Shown in pieces: positions 52,607 to 63,194 of a stretch of DNA of 64,000 nt (position 1 is the stretch's first letter; the number at the start of each line of letters is the position of its first letter). Under the pieces are notes generated by a model. It was not told where the DNA came from. It was given only the letters and a program-made list of their open reading frames with translations, and ran no database searches. The stretch is taken from NCBI GenBank assembly GCA_964016885.1, contig OZ024743.1, positions 315,890,001-315,954,000 on the forward strand, given 5' to 3'. The position numbers and the translations under genes are program-made. This stretch comes from Eledone cirrhosa. Its lineage: Eukaryota.

Positions 52607-52680
52607 TGGCCAGTATGGAGCTCGAACCCACGACATTCGCGTTATTAGCACGACACTCTAACCAACTGAGCTAACCGGCC
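52607..52680 (-). tRNA. tRNA-Ile-AAT: tRNA-Ile(AAT), slot A
   Basis: Standard A type. Confidence 0.7.
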
Positions 52681-53048
52681 TAACGATGCATCTCCATAAA
52701 ATTACACAATTATTACAATAACTACCACAATAGGGAAAGATAATGAAGTTATGTGAAGTTATTACTATAGATAATAGGGATAAATATAGATTGATAATGT
52801 CCGCTAAAGATCAAAGGATTTCCAGGTATTACCTACTTTGGTATACTTATATATAGGTTTACATTTTCTAAACTGTCCTTTTAATTATGACTACGATCTG
52901 GTGTTATTGAGGGTAGACTTGGTTCCTATTTCTATCAGACGGAAAACCATTTTGGATACTATTTACAAAAGAGGTGAAAAGATCCCACATATTAAAATAT
53001 TTTTATAACGTAAAGTTTTAGAAAATAGAATAAAAGAAACATTTCTTA

Positions 53049-53122
53049 TGGCCAGTATGGGGGTCGAACCCACGACATTCGCGTTATTAGCACGACGCTC
53101 TAACCAACTGAGCTAACCGGCC
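53049..53122 (-). tRNA. tRNA-Ile-AAT: tRNA-Ile(AAT), slot B
   Basis: Canonical copy. Confidence 0.92.
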
Positions 53123-54101
53123 TACCTCTTTCGTCGTCTCCAAAATAATGAGCACAAGCCATCAACTATGTACGTGGTCTGTAGTGTTAGTTAAATTATA
53201 ATTCTGTATATAACACCCTGTCACCTTGTCACATGTTAACTTTTTTTTATAATATATTTTTCTTGTTGTTTGGAGGAAACTGAAAATTCCGTTGGTGGGA
53301 TGGAATTGTCTGAAACAGTTTGACCCCATTTGGTGTCCGAACCCCAAACCTTTACGTTATTAGCACGATTCTCTAATTACCTGAGCTAACTGGACAGATA
53401 TTTAGGTCGCCATGGAGATAAATAATTAACAGAAACTATCAATTATGTATATTATATATATTTGAAGTAATTAAAACAAGCATCCAAAATTGGGTTCCTC
53501 CGAAATTCCTTTAGAGTGACGTTACTTGATTGATAGTGTACGTAGCTCGGAGATCAGAGGGTCACAACTGGTAGAGTCAGTACTTCTTCGAATTGAGAGA
53601 TCACAGCTCCGATAATATGGGCATGTGGTTAGAATGTCTCAAGAAAGAATCACTGGACAGATTTTACAGACAAAACCTACAGACAGCAGAACCAGGAGTA
53701 GACCTTGTGCAAGATGGTTGGATGATATCTATGAGTTTGGCTTGTCTCGCTTGGGAATCCAGTTGGAGGCGGTTGCTTCTGACAGGACCCACTGGAAGGT
53801 GTGTTGGAGGACTCTACCTTCACGACCCTCTTTGGAATAAATGTGCGAAGAAGAAGATGAAGAGATATTAGAAGTAGGATACAATAAAGTTTCACTTTAA
53901 AATATTTCATTACATTTATCGAACTTTACATGTTTCACAGATGATCGAAAAGCGAACTTAAAGTTTTCAGCCTTGTATAATTCCGTCCGTTAGTTTTTAC
54001 TGAATATATTCCATCTGTCTTTGTAGGAGGATTAACGCAATGCAAAACATTGTAAATTTAGAAAGAAAAAAGAAATCAGAGTAATTAAAACTACTTGCAT
54101 T

Positions 54102-54175
54102 TGGCCAGTATGGAGCTCGAACCCACGACATTCGCGTTATTAGCACGACACTCTAACCAACTGAGCTAACCGGCC
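54102..54175 (-). tRNA. tRNA-Ile-AAT: tRNA-Ile(AAT), slot A
   Basis: Standard A type. Confidence 0.7.
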
Positions 54176-54543
54176 TAACGATGCATCTCCATAAAATTAC
54201 ACAATTATTACAATAACTACCACAATAGGGAAAGATAATGAAGTTATGTGAAGTTATTACTATAGATAATAGGGATAAATATAGATTGATAATGTCCCCT
54301 AAAGATCAAAGGATTTCCAGGTATTACCTACTTTGGTATACTTATATATAGGTTTACATTTTCTAAACTGTCCTTTTAATTATGACTACGATCTGGTGTT
54401 ATTGAGGGTAGACTTGGTTCCTATTTCTATCAGACGGAAAACCATTTTTGATACTATTTACAAAAGAGGTGAAAAGATCCCACATATTAAAATATTTTTA
54501 TAACGTAAAGTTTTAGAAAATAGAATAAAAGAAACATTGCTTA

Positions 54544-54617
54544 TGGCCAGTATGGGGGTCGAACCCATGACATTCGCGTTATTAGCACGACGCTCTAACC
54601 AACTGAGCTAACCGGCC
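54544..54617 (-). tRNA. tRNA-Ile-AAT: tRNA-Ile(AAT), slot B, G49A
   Basis: G49:U65 becomes A49:U65; structure preserved. Confidence 0.9.
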
Positions 54618-55596
54618 TACCTCTTTCGTCGTCTCCAAAATAATGAGCACAAGCCATCAACTATGTACGTGGTCTGTAGTGTTAGTTAAATTATAATTCT
54701 GTATATAACACCCTGTCACCTTGTCACATGTTAACTTTTTTTTATAATATATTTTTCTTGTTGTTTGGAGGAAACTGAGAATTCCGTTGGTGGGATGGAA
54801 TTGTCTGAAACAGTTTGACCCCATTTGGTGTCCGAACCCCAAACCTTTACGTTATTAGCACGATTCTCTAATTACCTGAGCTAACTGGACAGATATTTAG
54901 GTCGCCATGGAGATAAATAATTAACAGAAACTATCAATTATGTATATTATATATATTTAAAGTAATTAAAACAAGCATCCAAAATTGGGTTCCTCCGAAA
55001 TTCCTTTAGAGTGACGTTACTTGATTGATAGTGTACGTAGCTCGGAGATCAGAGGGTCACAACTGGTAGAGTCAGTACTTCTTCGAATTGAGAGATCACA
55101 GCTCCGATAATATGGGCATGTGGTTAGAATGTCTCAAGAAAGAATCACTGGACAGATTTTACAGTCAAAACCTACAGACAGCAGAACCAGGAGTAGACCT
55201 TGTGCAAGATGGTTGGATGATATCTATGAGTTTGGCTTGTCTCGCTTGGGAATCCAGTTGGAGGCGGTTGCTTCTGACAGGACCCACTGGAAGGTGTGTT
55301 GGAGGACTCTACCTTCACGACCCTCTTTGGAATAAATGTGCCAAGAAGAAGATGAAGAGATATTAGAAGTAGGATACAATAAAGTTTCACTTTAAAATAT
55401 TTCATTACATTTATCGAACTTTACATGTTTCACAGATTATCGAAAAGCGAACTTAAAGTTTTCAGCCTTGTATAATTCCGTCCGTTAGTTTTTACTGAAT
55501 ATATTCCATCTGTCTTTGTAGGAGGATTAACGCAATGCAAAACATTGTAAATTTAGAAAGAAAAAAGAAATCAGAGTAATTAAAACTACTTGCATT

Positions 55597-55670
55597 TGGC
55601 CAGTATGGAGCTCGAACCCACGACATTCGCGTTATTAGCACGGCACTCTAACCAACTGAGCTAACCGGCC
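55597..55670 (-). tRNA. tRNA-Ile-AAT: tRNA-Ile(AAT), slot A, T27C
   Basis: A type with anticodon-stem mismatch. Confidence 0.62.
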
Positions 55671-56038
55671 TAACGATACATCTCCATAAAATAACACAAT
55701 TATTACAATAACTACCACAATAGGGAAAGATAATGAAGTTATGTGAAGATATTACTATAGATAATAGGGATAAATATAGATTGATAATGTCCCCTAAAGA
55801 TCAAAGGATTTCCAGGTATTACCTACTTTGGTATACTTATATATAGGTTTACATTTTCTAAAATGTCCTTTTAATTATGACTACGATCTGGTGTTATTTA
55901 GGGTAGACTTGGTTCCTATTTCTATCAGACGGAAAACCATTTTGGATACTATTTACAAAAGAGGTGAAAAGATCCCACATATTAAAATATTTTTAAAACG
56001 TAAAATTTAAGAAAATAGAATAATAGGAACATTGCTTA

Positions 56039-56112
56039 TGGCCAGTATGGGGTTCGAACCCACGACATTCGCGTTATTAGCACGACACTCTAACCAACTG
56101 AGCTAACCGGCC
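56039..56112 (-). tRNA. tRNA-Ile-AAT: Chimeric tRNA-Ile(AAT): A-type 5' flank and D arm, intact B box, B-type 3' flank (duplication unit)
   Basis: Left flank aacattgctta is slot B, right flank caacgaaacatctcc is slot A; has T25, C61, T loop TTCGAAC. Confidence 0.85.
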
Positions 56113-56480
56113 CAACGAAACATCTCCATAAAATTACACAATTATTACAATAAATACCACAATAGGGACAGATAATGAAATTATGTGAAGTTATTACTAT
56201 AGATAATAGGGATAAATATAGATTGATAATGTCCCCTAAAGATCAAAGGATTTCCAGGTATTACCTACTTTGGTATACTTATATATAGGTTTACATTTTC
56301 TAAAATGTCCTTTTAATTATGACTACGATCTGGTGTTATTTAGGGTAGACTTGGTTCCTATTTCTATCAGACGGAAAACCATTTTGGATACTATTTACAA
56401 AAGAGGTGAAAAGATCCCACATATAAAAATATTTTTAAAACGTAAAATTTTAGAAAATAGAATAAAAGAAACATTGCTTA

Positions 56481-56554
56481 TGGCCAGTATGGGGGTCGAA
56501 CCCACGACATTCGCGTTATTAGCACGACGCTCTAACCAACTGAGCTAACCGGCC
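56481..56554 (-). tRNA. tRNA-Ile-AAT: tRNA-Ile(AAT), slot B
   Basis: Canonical copy. Confidence 0.92.
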
Positions 56555-57533
56555 TACCTCTTTCGTCGTCTCCAAAATAATGAGCACAAGCCATCAACTA
56601 TGTACGTGGTCTGTAGTGTTAGTTAAATTATAATTCTGTATTTAATACCTGGTCACCTTGTCACACGTTAACTTTTTTTTATAATATATTTTTCTTGTTG
56701 TTTGGAGGAAACTGAGAATTCCGTTGGTGGGGTGGAATTGTCTGAAACAGTTTGACCCCATTTGGTGTCCGAACCCCAAACCTTTACGTTATTAGCACGA
56801 TTCTCTAATTACCTGAGCTAACTGGACAGATATTTAGGTCGCCATGGAGATAAATAATTAACAGAAACTATCAATTATTTATATTATATATATTTGAAGT
56901 AATTAAAACAAGCATCCAAAATTGGGTTCCTCCGAAATTCCTTTAGAGTGACGTTACTTGATTGATAGTGTACGTAGCTCGGAGATCAGAGGGTCACAAC
57001 TGGTAGAGTCAGTACTTCTTCGAATTGAGAGATCACAGCTCCGATAATATGGGCATGTGGTTAGAATGTCTCAAGAAAGAATCACTGGACAGATTTTACA
57101 GACAAAACCTACAGACAGCAGACCCAGGAGTAGACCTTGTGCAAGATGGTTGGATGTTATCTATGAGTTTGGCTTGTCTCGCTTGGGAATTCAGTTGGAG
57201 GCGGTTGGTTCTGACAGGACCCACTGGAAGGTGTGTTGGAGGACTCTACCTTCACGACCCTCTTTGGAATAAATGTGCGAAGAAGAAGATGAAGAGATAT
57301 TAGAAGTAGGATACAATAAAGTTTCACTTTAAAATATTTCATTACATTTATCGAACTTTACATGTTTCACAGATGATCAAAAAGCGAACTTAAAGTTTTC
57401 AGCCTTGTATAATTCCGTCCGTTAGTTTTTACTGAATATATTCCATCTGTCTTTGTAGGAGGATTAACGCAATGCAAAACATTGTAAATTTAGAAAGAAA
57501 AAAGAAATCAGAGTAATTAAAACTACTTGCATT

Positions 57534-57607
57534 TGGCCAGTATGGAGCTCGAACCCACGACATTCGCGTTATTAGCACGACACTCTAACCAACTGAGCTA
57601 ACCGGCC
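57534..57607 (-). tRNA. tRNA-Ile-AAT: tRNA-Ile(AAT), slot A
   Basis: Standard A type. Confidence 0.7.
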
Positions 57608-57975
57608 TAACGATGCATCTCCAGAAAATTACACAATTATTATAATAACTACCAAAATAGGGAAAGATAATGAAGTTATGTGAAGTTATTACTATAGATA
57701 ATAGGGATAAATATAGATTGATAATGTCCCCTAAAGATCAAAGGATTTCCAGGTATTACCTACTTTGGTATACTTATATATAGGTTTACATTTTCTAAAC
57801 TGTCATTTTAATTATGACTACGATCTGGTGTTATTTAGGGTAGACTTGGTTCCTATTTCTATCAGACGGAAAACCATTTTGGATACTATTTACAAAAGAG
57901 GTGAAAAGATCCCACATATTAAAATATTTTTAAAACGTAAAATTTTAGAAAATAGAATAAAAGAAACATTGCTTA

Positions 57976-58049
57976 TGGCCAGTATGGGGGTCGAACCCAC
58001 GACATTCGCGTTATTAGCACGACGCTCTAACCAACTGAGCTAACCGGCC
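57976..58049 (-). tRNA. tRNA-Ile-AAT: tRNA-Ile(AAT), slot B
   Basis: Canonical copy. Confidence 0.92.
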
Positions 58050-59027
58050 TACCTCTTTCGTCGTCTCCAAAATAATGAGCACAAGCCATCAACTATGTAC
58101 GTGGTCTGTAGTGTTAGTTAAATTATAATTCTGTATTTAATACCTGGTCACCTTGTCACACGTTAACTTTTTTTTATAATATATTTTTCTTGTTGTTTGG
58201 AGGAAACTGAGAATTCCGTTGGTGGGGTGGAATTGTCTGAAACAGTTTGACTCATTTGGTGTCCGAACGCCAAACCTTTACGTTATTAGCACGATTCTCT
58301 AATTACCTGAGCTAACTGGACAGATATTTAGGTCGCCATGGAGATAAATAATTAACAGAAACTATCAATTATTTATATTATATATATTTGAAGTAATTAA
58401 AACAAGCATCCAAAATTGGGTTCCTCCGAAATTCCTTTAGAGTGACGTTACTTGATTGATAGTGTACGTAGCTCGGAGATCAGAGGGTCACAACTGGTAG
58501 AGTCAGTACTTCTTCGAATTGAGAGATCACAGCTCCGATAATATGGGCATGTGGTTAGAATGTCTCAAGAAAGAATCACTGGACAGATTTTACAGACAAA
58601 ACCTACAGACAGCAGACCCAGGAGTAGACCTTGTGCAAGATGGTTGGATGATATCTATGAGTTTGGCTTGTCTCGCTTGGGAATCCAGTTGGAGGCGGTT
58701 GCTTCTGACAGGACCCACTGGAAGGTGTGTTGGAGGACTCTACCTTCACGACCCTCTTTGGAATAAATGTGCGAAGAAGAAGATGAAGAGATATTAGAAG
58801 TAGGATACAATAAAGTTTCACTTTAAAATATTTCATTACATTTATCGATCTTTACATGTTTCACAGATTATCGAAAAGCGAACTTAAAGTTTTCAGCCTT
58901 GTATAATTCCGTCCGTTAGTTTTTACTGAATATATTCCATCTGTCTTTGTAGGAGGATTAACGCAATGCAAAACATTGTAAATTTAGAAAGAAAAAAGAA
59001 ATCAGAGTAATTAAAACTACTTGCATT

Positions 59028-59101
59028 TGGCCAGTATGGAGCTCGAACCCACGACATTCGCGTTATTAGCACGACACTCTAACCAACTGAGCTAACCGGC
59101 C
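59028..59101 (-). tRNA. tRNA-Ile-AAT: tRNA-Ile(AAT), slot A
   Basis: Standard A type. Confidence 0.7.
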
Positions 59102-59469
59102 TAACGATACATCTCCATAAAATTACACAATTATTACAATAACTACCACAATAGGGAAAGATAATGAAGTTATGTGAAGTTATTACTATAGATAATAGGG
59201 ATAAATATAGATTGATAATGTCCCCTAAAGATCAAAGGATTTCCAGGTATTACCTACTTTGGTATACTTATATATAGGTTTACATTTTCTAAAATGTCCT
59301 TTTAATTATGACTACGATCTGGTGTTATTTAGGGTAGACTTGGTTCCTATTTCTATCAGACGGAAAACCATTTTGGATACTATTTACAAAAGAGGTGAAA
59401 ATATCCCACATATAAAAATATTTTTAAAACGTAAAATTTTAGAAAATAGAATAAAAGAAACATTGCTTA

Positions 59470-59543
59470 TGGCCAGTATGGAGCTCGAACCCACGACATT
59501 CGCGTCATTAGCACGACGCTCTAACCAACTGAGCTAACCGGCC
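59470..59543 (-). tRNA. tRNA-Ile-AAT: tRNA-Ile(AAT), slot B with A37G and C61T
   Basis: Anticodon loop CT-AAT-GA; A-type T arm. Confidence 0.65.
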
Positions 59544-60494
59544 TACCTCTTTCGTCGTCTCCAAAATAATGAGCACAAGCCATCAACTATGTACGTGGTC
59601 TGTAGTGTTAGTTAAATTATAATTCTGTATTTAATGCCTGGTCACCTTGTCACATGTTAACTTTTTGTTATAATATATTTTTCTTGTTGTTTGGAGGAAA
59701 CTGAGAATTCCGTTGGTGGGGTGGAATTGTCTGAAACAGTTTGACCCCATTTGGTGTCCGAACCCCAAACCCTTTCGTTATTAGCACGATTCTCTAATTA
59801 CCTGCGCTAACTAGACAGATATTTAGGTCGCCATGAAGATAAATAATTAACAGGAACTATCAATTAAAACAAGCAGCCAAAATTGCGTTCCTCCGAAATT
59901 CCTTTACAGTGACGTTACTTGATTGATAGTGTACGTAGCTCGGAGATCAGAGGGTCACAACTGGTAGAGTCAGTTCCTCTTCGAATTGTGAGATCACAGC
60001 TCCGATAATATGGGCATGGGGTTAGAATGTCTCAAGAAAGAATCACTGGACAGATTTTACAGACAAAACCTACAGACAGCAGACCCAGGAGTAGACCTTG
60101 TGCAAGATGGTTGGATGATATCTATGGGTTTGGCTTGTCTCGCTTGGGAATCCAGTTGGAGGCGGTTGCTTCTGACAGGACCCACTGGAAGGTGTGTTGG
60201 AGGACTCTACCTTCACGACCCTCTTTGGAATAAATGTGCGAAGAAGAAGATGAAGAGATATTAGAAGTAGGATACAATAAAGTTTCACTTTAAAATATTT
60301 CATTACATTTATCGAACTTTACATGTTTCACAGATGATCGAAAAGCGAACTTAAAGTTTTCAGCCTTGTATAATTCCGTCCGTTAGTTTTTACTGAATAT
60401 ATTCCATCTGTCTTTGTAGGACGATTAACGCAATGCAAAACATTGTAAGTTTAGAAAGAAAAAAGAAATCAGAGTAATTAAAACTACTAGCATT

Positions 60495-60568
60495 TGGCCA
60501 GTATGGGGATCGAACCCACGACATTCGCGTTATTAGCACGACACTCTAACCAACTGTGCTAACCGGCC
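60495..60568 (-). tRNA. tRNA-Ile-AAT: tRNA-Ile(AAT), slot A, C61 intact, T12A
   Basis: B box intact, D-stem mismatch. Confidence 0.68.
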
Positions 60569-60936
60569 TAACGATACATCTCCATAAAATTACACAATTA
60601 TTACAATAACTACCACAATAGGGAAAGATAATGAAGTTATGTGAAGTTATTACTATAGATAATAGGGATAAATATAGATTGATAATGTCCCCTAAAGATC
60701 AAAGGATTTCCAGGTATTACCTACTTTGGTATACTTATATATAGGTTTACATTTTCTAAACTGTCCTTTTAATTATGACTACGATCTGGTGTTATTGAGG
60801 GTAGACTGGGTTTCTATTTCTATCAGACTTAAAACCATTTAGGATACTATTTACAAAAGAGGTGAAAAGATCCCACATATAAAAATATTTTTAAAACGTA
60901 AAATTTTAGAAAATAGAATAAAAGAAATATTGCTTA

Positions 60937-61010
60937 TGGCCAGTATGGGGCTCGAACCCACGACATTCGCGTTATTAGCACGACGCTCTAACCAACTGAG
61001 CTAACCGGTC
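60937..61010 (-). tRNA. tRNA-Ile-AAT: tRNA-Ile(AAT), slot B, G2A
   Basis: One acceptor-stem mismatch. Confidence 0.75.
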
Positions 61011-61357
61011 TACCTCTGGTGTCGTCTCCAAAATAATGAGCACAAGCCATCAACTATGTACGTGGTGCGTAGAGTTATTTAAATTATAATTCTGTATTTA
61101 ATACCTTGTCACCTTGTCACATGTTAACTTTTTTTTATAATATATTTTTCTTGTTGTTTGGAGGAAACTGAGAATTCCGTTGGTGGGGTGGAATTGTCTG
61201 AAACAGTTTGACCCCATTTGGTGTCCGAACTCCAAACCTTTACGTTATTAGCACGATTCTCTAATTACCTGAGCTAACTGGACAGATATTTAGGTCCCCA
61301 TGAAGATAAATAATTAACAGAAACTATCAATTATTCATATTATATATATTTGAAGTA

Positions 61358-61752
61358 ATTAAAACAAGCAGCCAAAATTTGGTTCCTCCGAAATTCCTTT
61401 AGAGTGACGTTACTTGATTGATAGTGTACGTAGCTCGGAGATCAGAGGGTCACAACTGGTAGAGTCAGTACTTCTTCGAATTGAGAGATCACACCTCCGA
61501 TAATATGGGCATGTGGTTAGAAAGTCTCAAGAAAGAATCACTGGACAGATTTTACAGACAAAACCTACAGACAGCAGAACCAGGAGTAGACCTTGTGCAA
61601 GATGGTTGGATGATATCTATGAGTTTGGCTTGTCTCGCTTGGGAATCCAGTTGGAGGCGGTTGCTTCTGACAGGACCCACTGGAAGCTGTGTTGGAGGAC
61701 TCTACCTTCACGACCCTCTTTGGAATAAATGTACGAAGAAGAAGATGAAGAG
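61358..61752 (+). mobile_element. Last (42nd) RTE-LINE 3' fragment, more diverged
   Basis: Same sequence as 97-491 with several private substitutions. Confidence 0.82.
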
Positions 61753-62210
61753 ATATTAGAAGTAGGATACAATCAAGTTTCACTTTAAAATATTTCATTA
61801 CATTTATCGAACTTTACATGTTTCACAGATGAACGAAAAGTGAACATAAAGTTTTCAGCCTTGTATAATTCCGTCCGTTAGTTTTTACTGAATATATTCC
61901 ATCTGTCTTTGTAGGAGGATTAACGCAATGCAAAACATTGTAAATTTAGAAAAAAATGAAAAAAAAAAAAAATCAGAATAATTAGGGGTTTCCAGGTATT
62001 ACCTCCTTTGGTATACTTATAGCTAGGATTACATTTTCTAAACTGTTCTTTTAATTATGACTACGATCTGATGTTATTGAGGGTAGAGTTGGTTCCTATT
62101 TCTATCTGACTGAAGAACATTTAGGATACTATTTACAAAAAAGGCGAAAAGATCCTCCATATACGAATATTTTTGAAACGTAAAATTTTATAAATTAGAA
62201 ACATATAATA

Positions 62211-62281
62211 TGACCAGTATGGGGCTCGAAACCACGCACATTCGCGTTATTAGCACGACGCTCTAACCAACTGAGCTAGCC
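62211..62281 (-). pseudogene. Terminal slot-B tRNA-Ile pseudogene, 5'-truncated
   Basis: G53T, 1-nt insertion near the variable loop, first ~4 nt replaced by a local duplication of ccaactgagc. Confidence 0.75.
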
Positions 62282-62298
62282 AACTGAGCGAAACAGTC

Positions 62299-62373
62299 TG
62301 ACCCAATTTGGGCTTCGAACCCACAAATTTCACGTTATTAACATGATGATCTAACTCACTAGGCTAACCGGAC
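62299..62373 (-). pseudogene. Terminal slot-C tRNA-Ile pseudogene, independently diverged
   Basis: GTCCGGTTAGCCTAGTGAGTTAGATCATCATGTTAATAACGTGAAATTTGTGGGTTCGAAGCCCAAATTGGGTCA; same 75-nt length and flanks (gaaacagt, gtcgccatg) as slot C. Confidence 0.72.
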
Positions 62374-63134
62374 ATATGTTTCCGTCGCCATGAAACTGAC
62401 CAGTTGCATCTATCAATACATCGTTCCAACTTTTGATAACGGGTTTCAGGTCTCCGTTAATTGTCTGCCGGTTTATTAACTGTAAATTGTAAATACGTCT
62501 TCATCACCTCTTTTAATGGATGCACCAATACAAAACGTCATTAGCATGTCTCTCACTTGCCAGTCGTGTGACGTGTCCTATCCAACTAAGTCGACGCTTG
62601 CACATCATTTTAGACACACGCTCACATTTTTTGTTATTTGGTCGGTTAATTCATCTTGTTCTACTCTAACCCTTCCTCTACTGCAACTTTGCACACTTTC
62701 CAATTTAACGTAATAACACTTTAGTTACCCATGAGATTTGTTTTTTCACAATTTTCTGTCGTATATTTTTTCGTGATGTTTTGCCGGAATGTATTTGCTA
62801 AGCTGTAGATTATAATTAAAGTTATTGTTTTGTGAAAGATTATTCGATTACTTTCGATTTAGTCCAGCAATACTGTAAACATCTGAAATCAATGTGGGGA
62901 TGATAATGAGATATATCGTGCACCAGTGAAATTGTCAGCCAATTCACTGTCGTTATAACAGTAAATACTTACTGTTTAAAGGTCAGTCCACCTCGTGGTC
63001 TCTGCGAATAGAATGGTCAAAACATTGCCCCACAGGCTGGTGGGGAAATCTCGCTGCTACACCCGCACCTCGCTAGTAGTAGGCATAAATGTAAAATATA
63101 ATCCCAATAAAGAATCTTCTCCTTTTCGGGTGGC

Positions 63135-63194
63135 ATATATACATATATATGTGTGTGCGTGTGTGTGTGTGTGTCTGCGCGCGTGTGTGTGTGT
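63135..63194. repeat. Compound (AT)n-(GT)n microsatellite
   Basis: atatatacatatatat gtgtgtgcgtgtgtgtgtgtgtgtctgcgcgcgtgtgtgtgtgt. Confidence 0.9.

Larger units (their letters stand above)
1..62373. repeat. Tandem array of ~1495-bp units (RTE-LINE fragment + 2 tRNA-Ile(AAT) + 1 tRNA-Ile pseudogene), ~42 units, open at the left edge
   Basis: The same ORFs and sequence recur at 220, 1715, 3210, 4704 ... 61481 with period 1493-1496, except 1053 (42076-43129), 1937 (55088-57025) and 1467 (58519-59986). Confidence 0.99.
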
